Shown piece after piece: positions 28,589 to 38,199 of a stretch of 64,000 nucleotides of DNA. Both the position numbers and the translations under genes were made by a program. The DNA lies in IMG/VR virus record IMGVR_UViG_3300028805_000043; one strand, 5' to 3'. The DNA comes from a virus. Its lineage: Duplodnaviria; Caudoviricetes. How positions within the stretch are numbered: position 1 is the stretch's first letter; each line of letters begins with the position of its first letter. The notes beneath the pieces were generated by a model. It did no database searches and was not told where the DNA came from. It saw nothing but the letters and a program-made list of their open reading frames with translations.

Positions 28589-29236
28589 ATGGAACAAACT
28601 AAATTCACAAGATTCAAGAGAATCGTTAACAAAAAATTATTATCAATACTTATTGTATTAATACTATTCTTTGGTGCTTTATCATATTTATATATATGTA
28701 ATGCTGCACCCACTGAGCAAAAATCAACAATTGAATATGTATCACCACAACAGAACATAACAAAAATAGATACAATTCAAATTAAGGATAGTATACAAAA
28801 TGAATTGATTAATGAGGTAAGCCAATATGTTAAAACACAAGCTCCAAAATCTCATGAATTTATTCCTATGTATTTAGTACAAGCAGGATTAGATAATAAT
28901 ATTGACATATGCTTTATGATGGCACAGACTCAAATTGAGACTTGCTATGGAACTACTGGTGCAGGAAGAGAAATTTCTAGAAGATCTATGTTTGGTGTTA
29001 TAAAAAGACATTACCCAAATTATGAAGAATCAATTAATCACTACTGTGAAGTTCTAAAGAAATATTATTTAGTAAAGGGGAGAACTGAACAACACCTTAT
29101 GACAAAATATGTAACAGGAACGGGTGGAAGATATGCAGAAAATCCTCGATATGAAATAGAATTACGTACGGCATATAATCAAATTAAAAGAACTACAAAT
29201 ATTCATTCTTTACAGGAAGAATATAATAAGTTCTAA
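28589..29236 (+). CDS. Membrane-anchored glucosaminidase/lysozyme-like peptidoglycan hydrolase
   Basis: N-terminal TM helix; FMMAQTQIETCYG with putative catalytic Glu; RYAENPRY resembles the GH73 YAT motif. Confidence 0.7.
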   Translation: MEQTKFTRFKRIVNKKLLSILIVLILFFGALSYLYICNAAPTEQKSTIEYVSPQQNITKIDTIQIKDSIQNELINEVSQYVKTQAPKSHEFIPMYLVQAGLDNNIDICFMMAQTQIETCYGTTGAGREISRRSMFGVIKRHYPNYEESINHYCEVLKKYYLVKGRTEQHLMTKYVTGTGGRYAENPRYEIELRTAYNQIKRTTNIHSLQEEYNKF

Positions 29237-29260
29237 TTGATAAATATATTCAGAAAATGA

Positions 29261-29968
29261 ATGAAAGATTATTTGCATGAACTATGGATTAAATTTAAAA
29301 CACATGTCATATATATATTGATTATATGTATTCTTTTAGGATTTTTAAGTATCTCTGTTAATAAATGTTCAAATGTTAGTGACGAATATAAACATAACAT
29401 AGAGGCCTTGAATGATACTATTAAGTATTATCGAGACAAAAATGGAAATTTAGTTGCTACGAAACTTGCATTTGAATCTGATGTTAAAACACTTAAGTTA
29501 TTAAACGAAAAATTATATAATCAAATTGATAGTTTAAAACTTAATCCTAAAGTAATAAGTCAAATAGTTTATGTAGATGGAACAATAGATAATGGAAAAA
29601 AAGATACGGCTTATATAGTATCTCATGATACAATTAGTCGTGGTTTTTCTAAGGACTTTAACTTCAATAATTCTTATAGATTATTAGAAGGAAATGTAAA
29701 TTACAAAAATGATAGTTTGGATTTGAGAATTAATAAAGATATAGTTAAATTTGACTATACTTTAGCTATTGATAAAGATAATAAAATTTATATAAAATCA
29801 ACAAATCCTTACGTATCATATAATGAAATTTCAGGTTTTACAGTACCAAAGAAAAAAGAAAAATATTGGTATACGGGACCTTCATTTAATTTAGGATATG
29901 ATCCTATAAATAATAAAATTACACCTACTATAGGTTGGTCAATAGGATTTGGTTTTATTAGATGGTAA
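29261..29968 (+). CDS. Putative spanin-like lysis protein
   Basis: N-terminal TM, coiled coil, C-terminal amphipathic beta hairpin ending in W; follows the hydrolase. Confidence 0.45.
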   Translation: MKDYLHELWIKFKTHVIYILIICILLGFLSISVNKCSNVSDEYKHNIEALNDTIKYYRDKNGNLVATKLAFESDVKTLKLLNEKLYNQIDSLKLNPKVISQIVYVDGTIDNGKKDTAYIVSHDTISRGFSKDFNFNNSYRLLEGNVNYKNDSLDLRINKDIVKFDYTLAIDKDNKIYIKSTNPYVSYNEISGFTVPKKKEKYWYTGPSFNLGYDPINNKITPTIGWSIGFGFIRW

Positions 29969-29974
29969 ATTATT

Positions 29975-29998
29975 AAGCAGTACTTCGGTACTGCTTTT
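29975..29998 (+). terminator. Intrinsic terminator with cUUCGg loop
   Basis: AAGCAGTAC-TTCG-GTACTGCTTTT. Confidence 0.85.
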
Positions 29999-30106
29999 CT
30001 TATTATATTATTTTATATGTATTTATTTATTTTTATTAAAAATAGTATTCATAAATTTTGATGAATACTAATAAGAAATACTTAAATAAATACATAAATT
30101 TTTACA

Positions 30107-31075
30107 ATGGCAAATTTAAAGAAAATTAATATATATGTTGGTGTTGTAGGCCAAGCATATGTAGATAAAGCAACAGCACAAATAAATTTGGAACATGCAA
30201 GACAAAATGTACTTGATTGGAAAGAAATTGTCAATATTGCAGATCGTTATAAGAATATAGCTGAAGAAGTTAGAATCGGTGCTGAAAATGCACTTACAAA
30301 TGCTCAAGAACTTAACAACAGAATTAATGAAGCTATATATCAATATAATGATAATGATGAAATTCGTAACCAATTAGAAGCATTAAAGCTTAACTTAATT
30401 ACTAATGATAATGATGCAGATAACACAAATGGTGGTAATGTTAATACTGCTAATATAAATGTTGATCGTATTAATAATATCATTAATGAATTAATTGAAC
30501 TTTATAATGGTGCATTAAACTATAAGACATCTGCTGAAGAAGCTGTTAGTAGATATGAAGAAATCTATAACAATGCAGTAGAAGCATTTAATTCATATAT
30601 ACCAGAAGGAGATCAACAATCTGACTTAGATGAGAGTGACGAATTAGAAGCTCAATATAAAGAAAGATTAGAAGAACTTTATGATAACATTCAAGATGTT
30701 ATTGAAACAACAAATAATGTTAATACAACAACTTCTGAAGTTAATGAACAAGTTAATAACATTACAGGTAACGAACAACCAGAAGAACCTGTAGTTGAAG
30801 GCAAATTGTTTGCAATTGGTCCAGATGAAATTACAGCTGATAATTACACAACAGCAAATGGTGCACAACGAGTAACATCATATCCAACATCATATGAATC
30901 TGTTGAACGTAAATATTTATATTGTTTATTAGCTAATGATAAATCAATACAATTTATTGAACCAACACTTAATGCACCAATTGATATTGATGAATTAGAA
31001 ATCAATATTGATGGATATAAAGTATATAAATCAACTAGCAAAATTATGGGTGTTATCAACCTCAACATTGCCTAA
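30107..31075 (+). CDS. Coiled-coil virion protein with shared C-terminal domain B
   Basis: Long heptad region, then IGPDEIT..NYT..QFIEPTLNAPI..YKVYKS domain also found at 61.3-62.5 kb. Confidence 0.7.
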   Translation: MANLKKINIYVGVVGQAYVDKATAQINLEHARQNVLDWKEIVNIADRYKNIAEEVRIGAENALTNAQELNNRINEAIYQYNDNDEIRNQLEALKLNLITNDNDADNTNGGNVNTANINVDRINNIINELIELYNGALNYKTSAEEAVSRYEEIYNNAVEAFNSYIPEGDQQSDLDESDELEAQYKERLEELYDNIQDVIETTNNVNTTTSEVNEQVNNITGNEQPEEPVVEGKLFAIGPDEITADNYTTANGAQRVTSYPTSYESVERKYLYCLLANDKSIQFIEPTLNAPIDIDELEINIDGYKVYKSTSKIMGVINLNIA

Positions 31076-31116
31076 TATTGTTTTAGTGATTAATTTAAAT
31101 ATATATTAAGTAAATA

Positions 31117-32970
31117 ATGGAATACATAAATAATGGTATAACATTTAATAATGTCAAATCTAATGGATTAAAATTAACAACTGGTCCATTATTAATTAAT
31201 GGTTTAATTGGAACAGATGAAGATGATGGAACTGGTATTATTAATGCTATAGATATTGACTGGAACGGTGCAAAAATAGATGAAAACACTGTTATAAATA
31301 CAACTAGTGAATTACTTAGTTTAATTAAAACAATTAAGGAAACCTCAGGTGGTGTTACTGAAGATTATGTTAATTCTCGTATTGCTGCATTAGTTAATGA
31401 AGCTCCTGAAGCTTTAGATACATTAAAAGAAATAGCTGATAAACTTAGCGATAATGATGATGCTATTTCTGTATTATCATCTATGATTTCTGAAAAAGCA
31501 AATTCTTCTGATTTAGATAATTTAATTAATGATGTAAATAATGCTAATGAAGTTGCAACATCTGCATTACAAGCGTTAAATGAATCTAAAGCCAATGCAG
31601 CTGATGTTTATAATAAATCAGATGTGGATAATATGATTGCTGCTATTGAAACAGTTAAAGGTGATCAAGGAGAACAAGGTCCACAAGGTGCTCAAGGTGC
31701 TGATGGCGTTCAAGGTCCACAAGGTGCTCAAGGTGCTGATGGCGTTCAAGGCGCTCAGGGTGCAACTGGTTCATTTAATTCATCTGATTTAGAAAATTAT
31801 GCAACTAAAACTTACGTAGGAGAAAAAATAGCTGAAATTGTAGGTGAAGCTCCAGAAACATTAGATACATTAAAAGAAATTGCAGATGTTTTAAATAATG
31901 ATGAAACTAGATTAGGTGAAATATCTGGTGCTATTTTAACAAAAGCTAATGCTGCTGATGTTTATAATAAACAAGAAGTAGAAGATAAAATAGCAGCTGC
32001 AACTCTTTCAGGTCCACAAGGTCCACAAGGTGCTAAAGGCGACCAAGGAGAACAAGGTCCTAAGGGTGACCAAGGAGAAACTGGTTTATTAGATAATTCT
32101 ACATTAGCTGGTTTACTTGCACGTATTAAGATTCTTGAAAGTCAAAATGTTTCTAATGTTTATGCCTATGATGCTGCTGGAGTTGCTGCGATTGCAGATC
32201 CTGTAAATGCTAATGTAATCTTAACATCAGCTGAAGCAATGAATGCATTAACTACAGGTGTTACATATAAAGAATTAACATTAGCTGGTGGAGAAATTGA
32301 TAATACTGTTACTCTTGCAGCTACAGACAAGATTACTGTTGATGGTTTGAATATTTCTGGTGAGAAAGGTTCTATAAATGGTAAAATTACATTTAAGACT
32401 CCTGATTTAGAAATTAAGAACGTTTCTATTGAAAATGGTTCAACTGTATATAATGCATTTGAAGGTTCTCAAGTAACTAATGATCCAACATATACAGGAT
32501 TAGATAATTTAGTTGTTTCTGATATGCATGTTGATAATCCTTCAATGGCTCATAACGTAATTAATGTATATACACCAGCAAATAATGCAACCATAACTAT
32601 TAAGAATTCTGAATTTAATTTAGCTGTTGATAATAGTAATGTATTAAGACTTGCTAATTATCTTAATTCTGAAAATGTTAATGTTGTATTTGAAAATGTT
32701 AAATGGACATATGAAAATGTTCCAGGTAATGATTGGAAATGGGCTGGTTTAATAATTTTCCAACCTGCTTCTTCAGACATTGCATTAACTGGTGATTTAT
32801 CTAAACTTACTACATGGACATTTACATTCAGAAATTGCGAATACAATGGTGAAAAAGTTACTGCTAATAACTTTGGCGAACATAACCAAGTATTTTACTT
32901 ATATAATGTTGGTGGAACTAAAGCTGTTACAGATCCTACAACAAATGGTTTGCAATTATCTTTTGAATAA
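31117..32970 (+). CDS. Tail-fibre-like protein
   Basis: N-terminal DIDWNGA domain; two APE(A/T)LDTLKEIA repeats; two collagen tracts; beta-rich C-terminal head. Confidence 0.75.
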   Translation: MEYINNGITFNNVKSNGLKLTTGPLLINGLIGTDEDDGTGIINAIDIDWNGAKIDENTVINTTSELLSLIKTIKETSGGVTEDYVNSRIAALVNEAPEALDTLKEIADKLSDNDDAISVLSSMISEKANSSDLDNLINDVNNANEVATSALQALNESKANAADVYNKSDVDNMIAAIETVKGDQGEQGPQGAQGADGVQGPQGAQGADGVQGAQGATGSFNSSDLENYATKTYVGEKIAEIVGEAPETLDTLKEIADVLNNDETRLGEISGAILTKANAADVYNKQEVEDKIAAATLSGPQGPQGAKGDQGEQGPKGDQGETGLLDNSTLAGLLARIKILESQNVSNVYAYDAAGVAAIADPVNANVILTSAEAMNALTTGVTYKELTLAGGEIDNTVTLAATDKITVDGLNISGEKGSINGKITFKTPDLEIKNVSIENGSTVYNAFEGSQVTNDPTYTGLDNLVVSDMHVDNPSMAHNVINVYTPANNATITIKNSEFNLAVDNSNVLRLANYLNSENVNVVFENVKWTYENVPGNDWKWAGLIIFQPASSDIALTGDLSKLTTWTFTFRNCEYNGEKVTANNFGEHNQVFYLYNVGGTKAVTDPTTNGLQLSFE

Positions 32971-32989
32971 ACTAAAGCTATTATATAAT

Positions 32990-33020
32990 AAAAAGGAAGT
33001 ACTTAGGTACTTCCTTTTTT
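32990..33020. terminator. Bidirectional terminator between convergent genes
   Basis: AAAAAGGAAGTAC-TTAG-GTACTTCCTTTTTT. Confidence 0.85.
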
Positions 33021-33042
33021 ATTTTATAATTTTAAATCAAAA

Positions 33043-33516
33043 TTAAGATTCAGTTTCAATTTCTACTTCAGAAGCTTTAGTTACATCATCAGCATCAATA
33101 TCTCCATCTTTATCTAAATCATATTTCTCTAAATCTTCAGTAACTTCTGAACCAATATGTGATTCAATTTCTTCAGGTGTTACTGGAGTTTCTTCTGGAG
33201 TTGGGTCTGGAGTTGGATCTGGAGTTGGGTCTGGAGTTGGGTCTGGAGTTGGATCTGGAGTTTGACCACCCTGTTGTCCTTGTTCTCCTTGTTGTCCTTG
33301 TTCTCCTTGTTGTCCTTGTTCTCCTTGTGGACCTTGAGGACCAACTGGTGCAGTTTCAATTTTAACATTTGCAGCACCACCTGGTACATACCATGGATTA
33401 GCTGCAGTATTAGCATCATAATGAGTTAAACCTGTTGCTGTTGTAAATTTTTGTTCAGTAGTCATTTCTGAAGTATCAACACCCATTACTTCTAATCTAT
33501 CATCTATTCTACTCAT
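33043..33516 (-). CDS. Small protein with collagen-like and (PDPT)n repeats and an EF-hand/dockerin-like loop
   Basis: GPQGPQ(GEQGQQ)n; TPDPTPDPTPDP; DLDKDGDIDADD. Confidence 0.75.
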   Translation of the reverse strand: MSRIDDRLEVMGVDTSEMTTEQKFTTATGLTHYDANTAANPWYVPGGAANVKIETAPVGPQGPQGEQGQQGEQGQQGEQGQQGGQTPDPTPDPTPDPTPDPTPDPTPEETPVTPEEIESHIGSEVTEDLEKYDLDKDGDIDADDVTKASEVEIETES

Positions 33517-33582
33517 TTTATATATAACGTTATATTTTTCTTTTTAATGGTTAAAAACCATATATATAAAAATAAATTTTAA

Positions 33583-34557
33583 TTAGAATAATGATAATTG
33601 AAATGCTGTACCTGCATTAACTTTAGGAATATCCATTACTTCCAAGAATCTATTAATAGGATCAATAACATTCTTCTCCCATTGTGTTATCTTTGACATT
33701 TGTGGAGCCCATGTTGGTAATTCACCTGCAGGATATCCAAAATATCCATTTTTATCTCCTATCATTATGTTATAATATTTAATTTTTCCAGAATATTGTA
33801 ATTTATTATCTTCTCCATTCTTATGAGCTAAATAATTATATCTTGCAATAGCCTGTACAGAAACTGGGCATTGTTTTCCTAAAACTAAATCTTTTTTATC
33901 TTCTATAACATATTTCTTATAATCACCAACCCCTATAGATTGTGATATATCTTCAATTGGTGATTTATAGAATTGTTTTCTATATTCTTGTATTTTATTA
34001 TTAAATGAAAGTATATATTCTTCCTTATGTTCTTCATCATAATCAAACATAAGACTATTCATTAAATCAGTTAATATTGTTCTACAAAGTTTTGGTGTTG
34101 TAGATTTAACTAATTCAATACCTGTGCCAGATACCTTTGGTTTTTCATAATACTTTCCTTTAACGAATGCATATCCTTTAAGATATTTCTTTTTCTTTAC
34201 GCAAATCTGTGCATAAGATACAGTTTCCAATTCAAATTCATGTACGTTCTTACCATGTCTAGGATCATATATATCTCTACACCATTGATTATTCTGTCCA
34301 TCCAAAAATTCTTTATTAAATCTAAGTATCCAATCAACTTTATTTTTTCTACCTATATATTTATCTCTATATTCTTTTGTCATACATCTGAATAAAGATC
34401 CATAAGTAGTATATACAGAATTGTGTACTAATATATCATTTGCTATAAAAGTATGAGAATCATCTTCAACTTCTATATCATAAACTTCTTCATTATCAAA
34501 ATCTTCTAATTGCTCAATACTTTCTATTTCTTCTATTATATAATCATTATTATTCAT
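33583..34557 (-). CDS. DNA polymerase B C-terminal half fused behind the split-intein C-fragment
   Basis: 46-aa IntC ending VYDIEV..SHTFIANDILVHN|S, then PolB motifs FELE, KKKY, GIELVKSTTP. Confidence 0.92.
   Translation of the reverse strand: MNNNDYIIEEIESIEQLEDFDNEEVYDIEVEDDSHTFIANDILVHNSVYTTYGSLFRCMTKEYRDKYIGRKNKVDWILRFNKEFLDGQNNQWCRDIYDPRHGKNVHEFELETVSYAQICVKKKKYLKGYAFVKGKYYEKPKVSGTGIELVKSTTPKLCRTILTDLMNSLMFDYDEEHKEEYILSFNNKIQEYRKQFYKSPIEDISQSIGVGDYKKYVIEDKKDLVLGKQCPVSVQAIARYNYLAHKNGEDNKLQYSGKIKYYNIMIGDKNGYFGYPAGELPTWAPQMSKITQWEKNVIDPINRFLEVMDIPKVNAGTAFQLSLF
34420..34557 (-). mobile_element. Split intein C-fragment (46 aa, blocks F and G)
   Basis: VYDIEV...HTFIAND (block F); VHN plus Ser(+1) (block G). 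Confidence 0.92.
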
Positions 34558-35816
34558 AATTCAATCTTTAATGTATTTTTTATAAAATCTTCAACATTAA
34601 TTCCATTTCTATAATCACTTTCCCAAACAATAATAGTATCAATGTTTCTTATTTCTTTTAATAGTTTATATCTATTATTATCATTTTCCCAAATTTGTTT
34701 TGCTGTTGTTACTTTATTATGTGGGTTAGGATAATCATCTGCTTTAAATATTCTGGGATCACCATGATAATATGTCCCATTAAATTCAATACATAAATTC
34801 AATTCTAATATAAAATAGTCTAAACGAATATATGAATCAATTAAATTAATTCCATATTCACCATTTTTATTTGCATAATATGTAGTATATTTATTTCCTA
34901 AATATTTGTCTAATTCATTAAAAAACTTTTGAGAAATTTTTGAATAAAAATTATGATGTTTATTTAACATTATTTCATATTGTTTCAACCCTTCATCTTT
35001 TCCATATTTATTTATAAAATTTTTTAATGTTAAAGCTTTAGATTGATTAATTTGATTAGTTTTTTCTTCACCATATTTTTTAATCATATATTCTTTTGAT
35101 TTTGTTAATTTTTGTTTATTAACATAATCTTCAAAATATTGTTTTCCTAATTCTTCTCCATATTTATTTTGTAAATTTTCTAATGTAACTCCTCTACTTT
35201 TATTAAATTGTTTAAAATCTTCTTCAGACCAATTATATTTTTTCTTTTTATATTTAAATGTATTTGTTTCAGCTTGTTTATTACAATAATCATTCCATCT
35301 TTTTACACCATCTTTTTCTCCCCATTTTCTTATCATGGTTTCTTTAGTGATACCAGTGATCATTGAACATATTTTTTTATAATCATCATAAGAATATCCA
35401 TAAGAATACGCTCCATATTTATTTGCTTTCATAAAATAATATTTTGGAGCTTTTGGTGGATTATCTTTAAAATGATTTAATAAACAATTTTCACAACAAC
35501 TTAAATAATATTTTTCTCCATTTATTTCTCTATAATAAATTTGTGGAACAGCTAACATTAAATAATTATTTTTCTTATTATATTGAATTAAAAAATTAGA
35601 ATTAACAATTATATTTCCACAAAATCTACAAACTGCAAATAAGTCTTTTGGTAGTTTTAAAGCTATTTGATATTTTTCTTCTTTATTATTTGATTTATTA
35701 AATAAATTAACTAATTCAATAATTTCATTTATATTATCATATTCATTTAAATATAATTTAGGAAAACTATATTCTTTTAATTCAACGCTTGTATGATAAT
35801 ATTTATTAATTTTCAT
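34554..35816 (-). mobile_element. Free-standing Vsr/EDxHD-like homing endonuclease between the intein halves
   Basis: C-terminal LDYFILELNLCIEFNGTYYHGDP...IIVWESD; K(W/Y)GxxxG helical repeats; CxxC and CCxxC motifs; overlaps both pol genes. Confidence 0.8.
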
Positions 35817-38136
35817 TCTTAACTGATAATATTTTATCTGTATTTTTATTAATATCTTTGGCTTTAATTGTTAATTGCTTACCATTTCTAAATACAACAC
35901 AACTATGATCACCAGTAACAATAATTTCTTTACCTGATTTTGTTTTTATTTTAAATTGTGTTTTAGAAACTTTATGTTTCATAATATATTTAATTGGTAC
36001 AAAATGTAATCCTTTTTCTTTAGTATAATTAAGTACCTCAATATCTTTTAATCCTGGTGTTATTTCTTTAGAAGAATCTTTTGAATCATAATTAAATACT
36101 CCAGTAAACTTATAATTATAATTAAATAAATCTTTAATTGTTACCTTTAAAAGTTGTTGTTGGTATTTAATTAATAATAAACTATTTTCTCTAATACTAT
36201 CTGTATCTGAATATACACTAATAGGTTGTTTGCGATACCAATCATGTTTAGATTCATCTAATTTAAAATCAAATTTTTCCCAAAGATCTTTACGTTCCCA
36301 AAGTGTTTCATGGAAGAAATATTCAAGATTATTCCACATAGTCTTTGTAAGATTACGACATTCACCAGTAATATCACCAGCTAAAGCCATGTTATAGAAA
36401 TAGAAGAATCTATTTGCACAACAACCATAAAGACCATTACCTAATAATTTCATAGCTAGCTCAAGTAATGAATATTCATGTCGTAAATCTTCAACATCTA
36501 TTCTGAATTTCTTTAATTCATCAATAGACATGTTATATATATTCTTACCTGGGAACTTTTCATTCATAAGATTAATTACATCATCATGGAACTTCATTGG
36601 TTCTCCTTCCTTGCCTGCAATTAATCTATCAATCTCTACAAGCATTTCAGAATCTAACTTCTGACCTGTATATTTATATTTATCTCTATTAGCCTTAAGT
36701 TTTGCTTGCACGATACGGAATGTATAGTCTTTATCATTCTTATATACATTACCCATAACAGTAACAAAGTAATTAGGATCTTTTCTAAATTCATCTAATT
36801 CTTGTTCTGACCATTTAGCTATTGTGTATCTACCAAAACTATCTGGGCCAACTTTCTTTTCATATAAATTCTCAAATGAAAGATTACAAGTACGAACCTG
36901 TGAAGGATATAGGGATGCAAAATCATCACAAACAGTAAATTCATAACGACCTGGTACACATCCACAGAATGCACCTTCATAAGGTACTTTTACTCTTTCA
37001 ATAGCATCATAATCCCAAACAATTTTCTTTCCTTGAGAATAGAATTCTTCAAATACATTTGCAGTACCTAAAGCAACCTGTCCAAATGCTCCTTGTAATG
37101 ATACCAATGTTACTGATGACACTGCACAAGGAGATTCAATAGCCTTTAATTTATAATGAATTAATTCACCGATACAACTATCAATTGCGTTATAGAAATA
37201 ATACCACTCAGGATCCCTTTCATATAAATCTTGCAATGATCCCTTATACTTAATCTTATGAGCTTTAACTGCAGCGTTACCAACCCAATCCAAAGAATAT
37301 GATTCGTATGGCCTTAATATATAATCATATTGTTTTACAATCTCCATGTAGTCCAATAATATTGAGTGTGCAGGACCAAAGAAATATTTCTTTTCACCAG
37401 AAATATCTTCCCATGAATATCTTTTAATTTCACCAGTTGGAGATGACTTACGAATAATATTCATTGCCACATTTCTTCCAAATAACTTATTAAGACGTGT
37501 CGTCATATACAGCATATCGAATCCATATGAATTCCATCCTGCTAAACAACCAATTTTTGGTATTATAATCGTAAAGAAATGCTCAAGCATTGCTTCCTCA
37601 GTTGGAAAATATTGATATAATACTTTAGGTTTCCAACCATTATTTTGTATTAAAGTTGAAGCAAATTCATTTTCAGAAAGCCAATCTAAATAACGTTTTT
37701 TAAATAATTCTACTTGTTCCTGCGACAAATTATGTAGTCCATATACAATACAGCTTAAATCTGGACCAACTAAAGATATAGCTGTAACCTTTTGATCTGC
37801 TTTCTCTGGATCAGGAAATTCAGAACTTATTTCTGTCTCAATATCAAAAAAATATAATTTTGGAAAATATTGTGCATGTAATTGTTGATTAATATCTTTT
37901 GGTAATTCATACATAAATTCCAAAAGTTCAAATTCATTAGGTGTATAATCTAATGTATCTTTAAAAATTTTATTACAACGTTTTCCATCCCATGTTTCAT
38001 ATTCACCATCATTTGCATATTCATAAGATTTAATATGATGAATATATTTTTGAAAAAATTGTCTATTTCCTAATTTATCAATGTATGAAATAACTAATTT
38101 TTGTTCCTTCTTGTTCCATGTTCTATCAAGTATCAT
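35806..38136 (-). CDS. DNA polymerase B (gp43-like) N-terminal half with split-intein N-fragment
   Basis: ExoI FFDIETE, ExoII GWNSYGFD, ExoIII YNAID, region II DFASLYPS, region III KLLGNGLYG, region I YSDTD. Confidence 0.95.
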   Translation of the reverse strand: MILDRTWNKKEQKLVISYIDKLGNRQFFQKYIHHIKSYEYANDGEYETWDGKRCNKIFKDTLDYTPNEFELLEFMYELPKDINQQLHAQYFPKLYFFDIETEISSEFPDPEKADQKVTAISLVGPDLSCIVYGLHNLSQEQVELFKKRYLDWLSENEFASTLIQNNGWKPKVLYQYFPTEEAMLEHFFTIIIPKIGCLAGWNSYGFDMLYMTTRLNKLFGRNVAMNIIRKSSPTGEIKRYSWEDISGEKKYFFGPAHSILLDYMEIVKQYDYILRPYESYSLDWVGNAAVKAHKIKYKGSLQDLYERDPEWYYFYNAIDSCIGELIHYKLKAIESPCAVSSVTLVSLQGAFGQVALGTANVFEEFYSQGKKIVWDYDAIERVKVPYEGAFCGCVPGRYEFTVCDDFASLYPSQVRTCNLSFENLYEKKVGPDSFGRYTIAKWSEQELDEFRKDPNYFVTVMGNVYKNDKDYTFRIVQAKLKANRDKYKYTGQKLDSEMLVEIDRLIAGKEGEPMKFHDDVINLMNEKFPGKNIYNMSIDELKKFRIDVEDLRHEYSLLELAMKLLGNGLYGCCANRFFYFYNMALAGDITGECRNLTKTMWNNLEYFFHETLWERKDLWEKFDFKLDESKHDWYRKQPISVYSDTDSIRENSLLLIKYQQQLLKVTIKDLFNYNYKFTGVFNYDSKDSSKEITPGLKDIEVLNYTKEKGLHFVPIKYIMKHKVSKTQFKIKTKSGKEIIVTGDHSCVVFRNGKQLTIKAKDINKNTDKILSVKNEN
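35809..36198 (-). mobile_element. Split intein N-fragment (130 aa, Ser1)
   Basis: Starts SIRENS right after YSDTD; block B IKTKSGKEIIVTGDHS; ends DKILSVKNEN-stop. Confidence 0.9.
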
Positions 38137-38163
38137 TCAAATTGTTAAATATATTTATCGTAA

Positions 38164-38199
38164 ATCTCTTTATATAAGAGATACGGGAGAACATCCCGT
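38164..38199 (-). promoter_or_regulatory. Two adjacent hairpins in the polB leader
   Basis: atctctt-tatat-aagagat and acggga-gaaca-tcccgt, about 28-63 nt upstream of the ATG. Confidence 0.45.

Noticed and set aside
34554-35816. Group I intron interrupting polB
   Set aside because: ORFs overlap on both sides, leaving no room for a ribozyme core, and intein motifs explain the split
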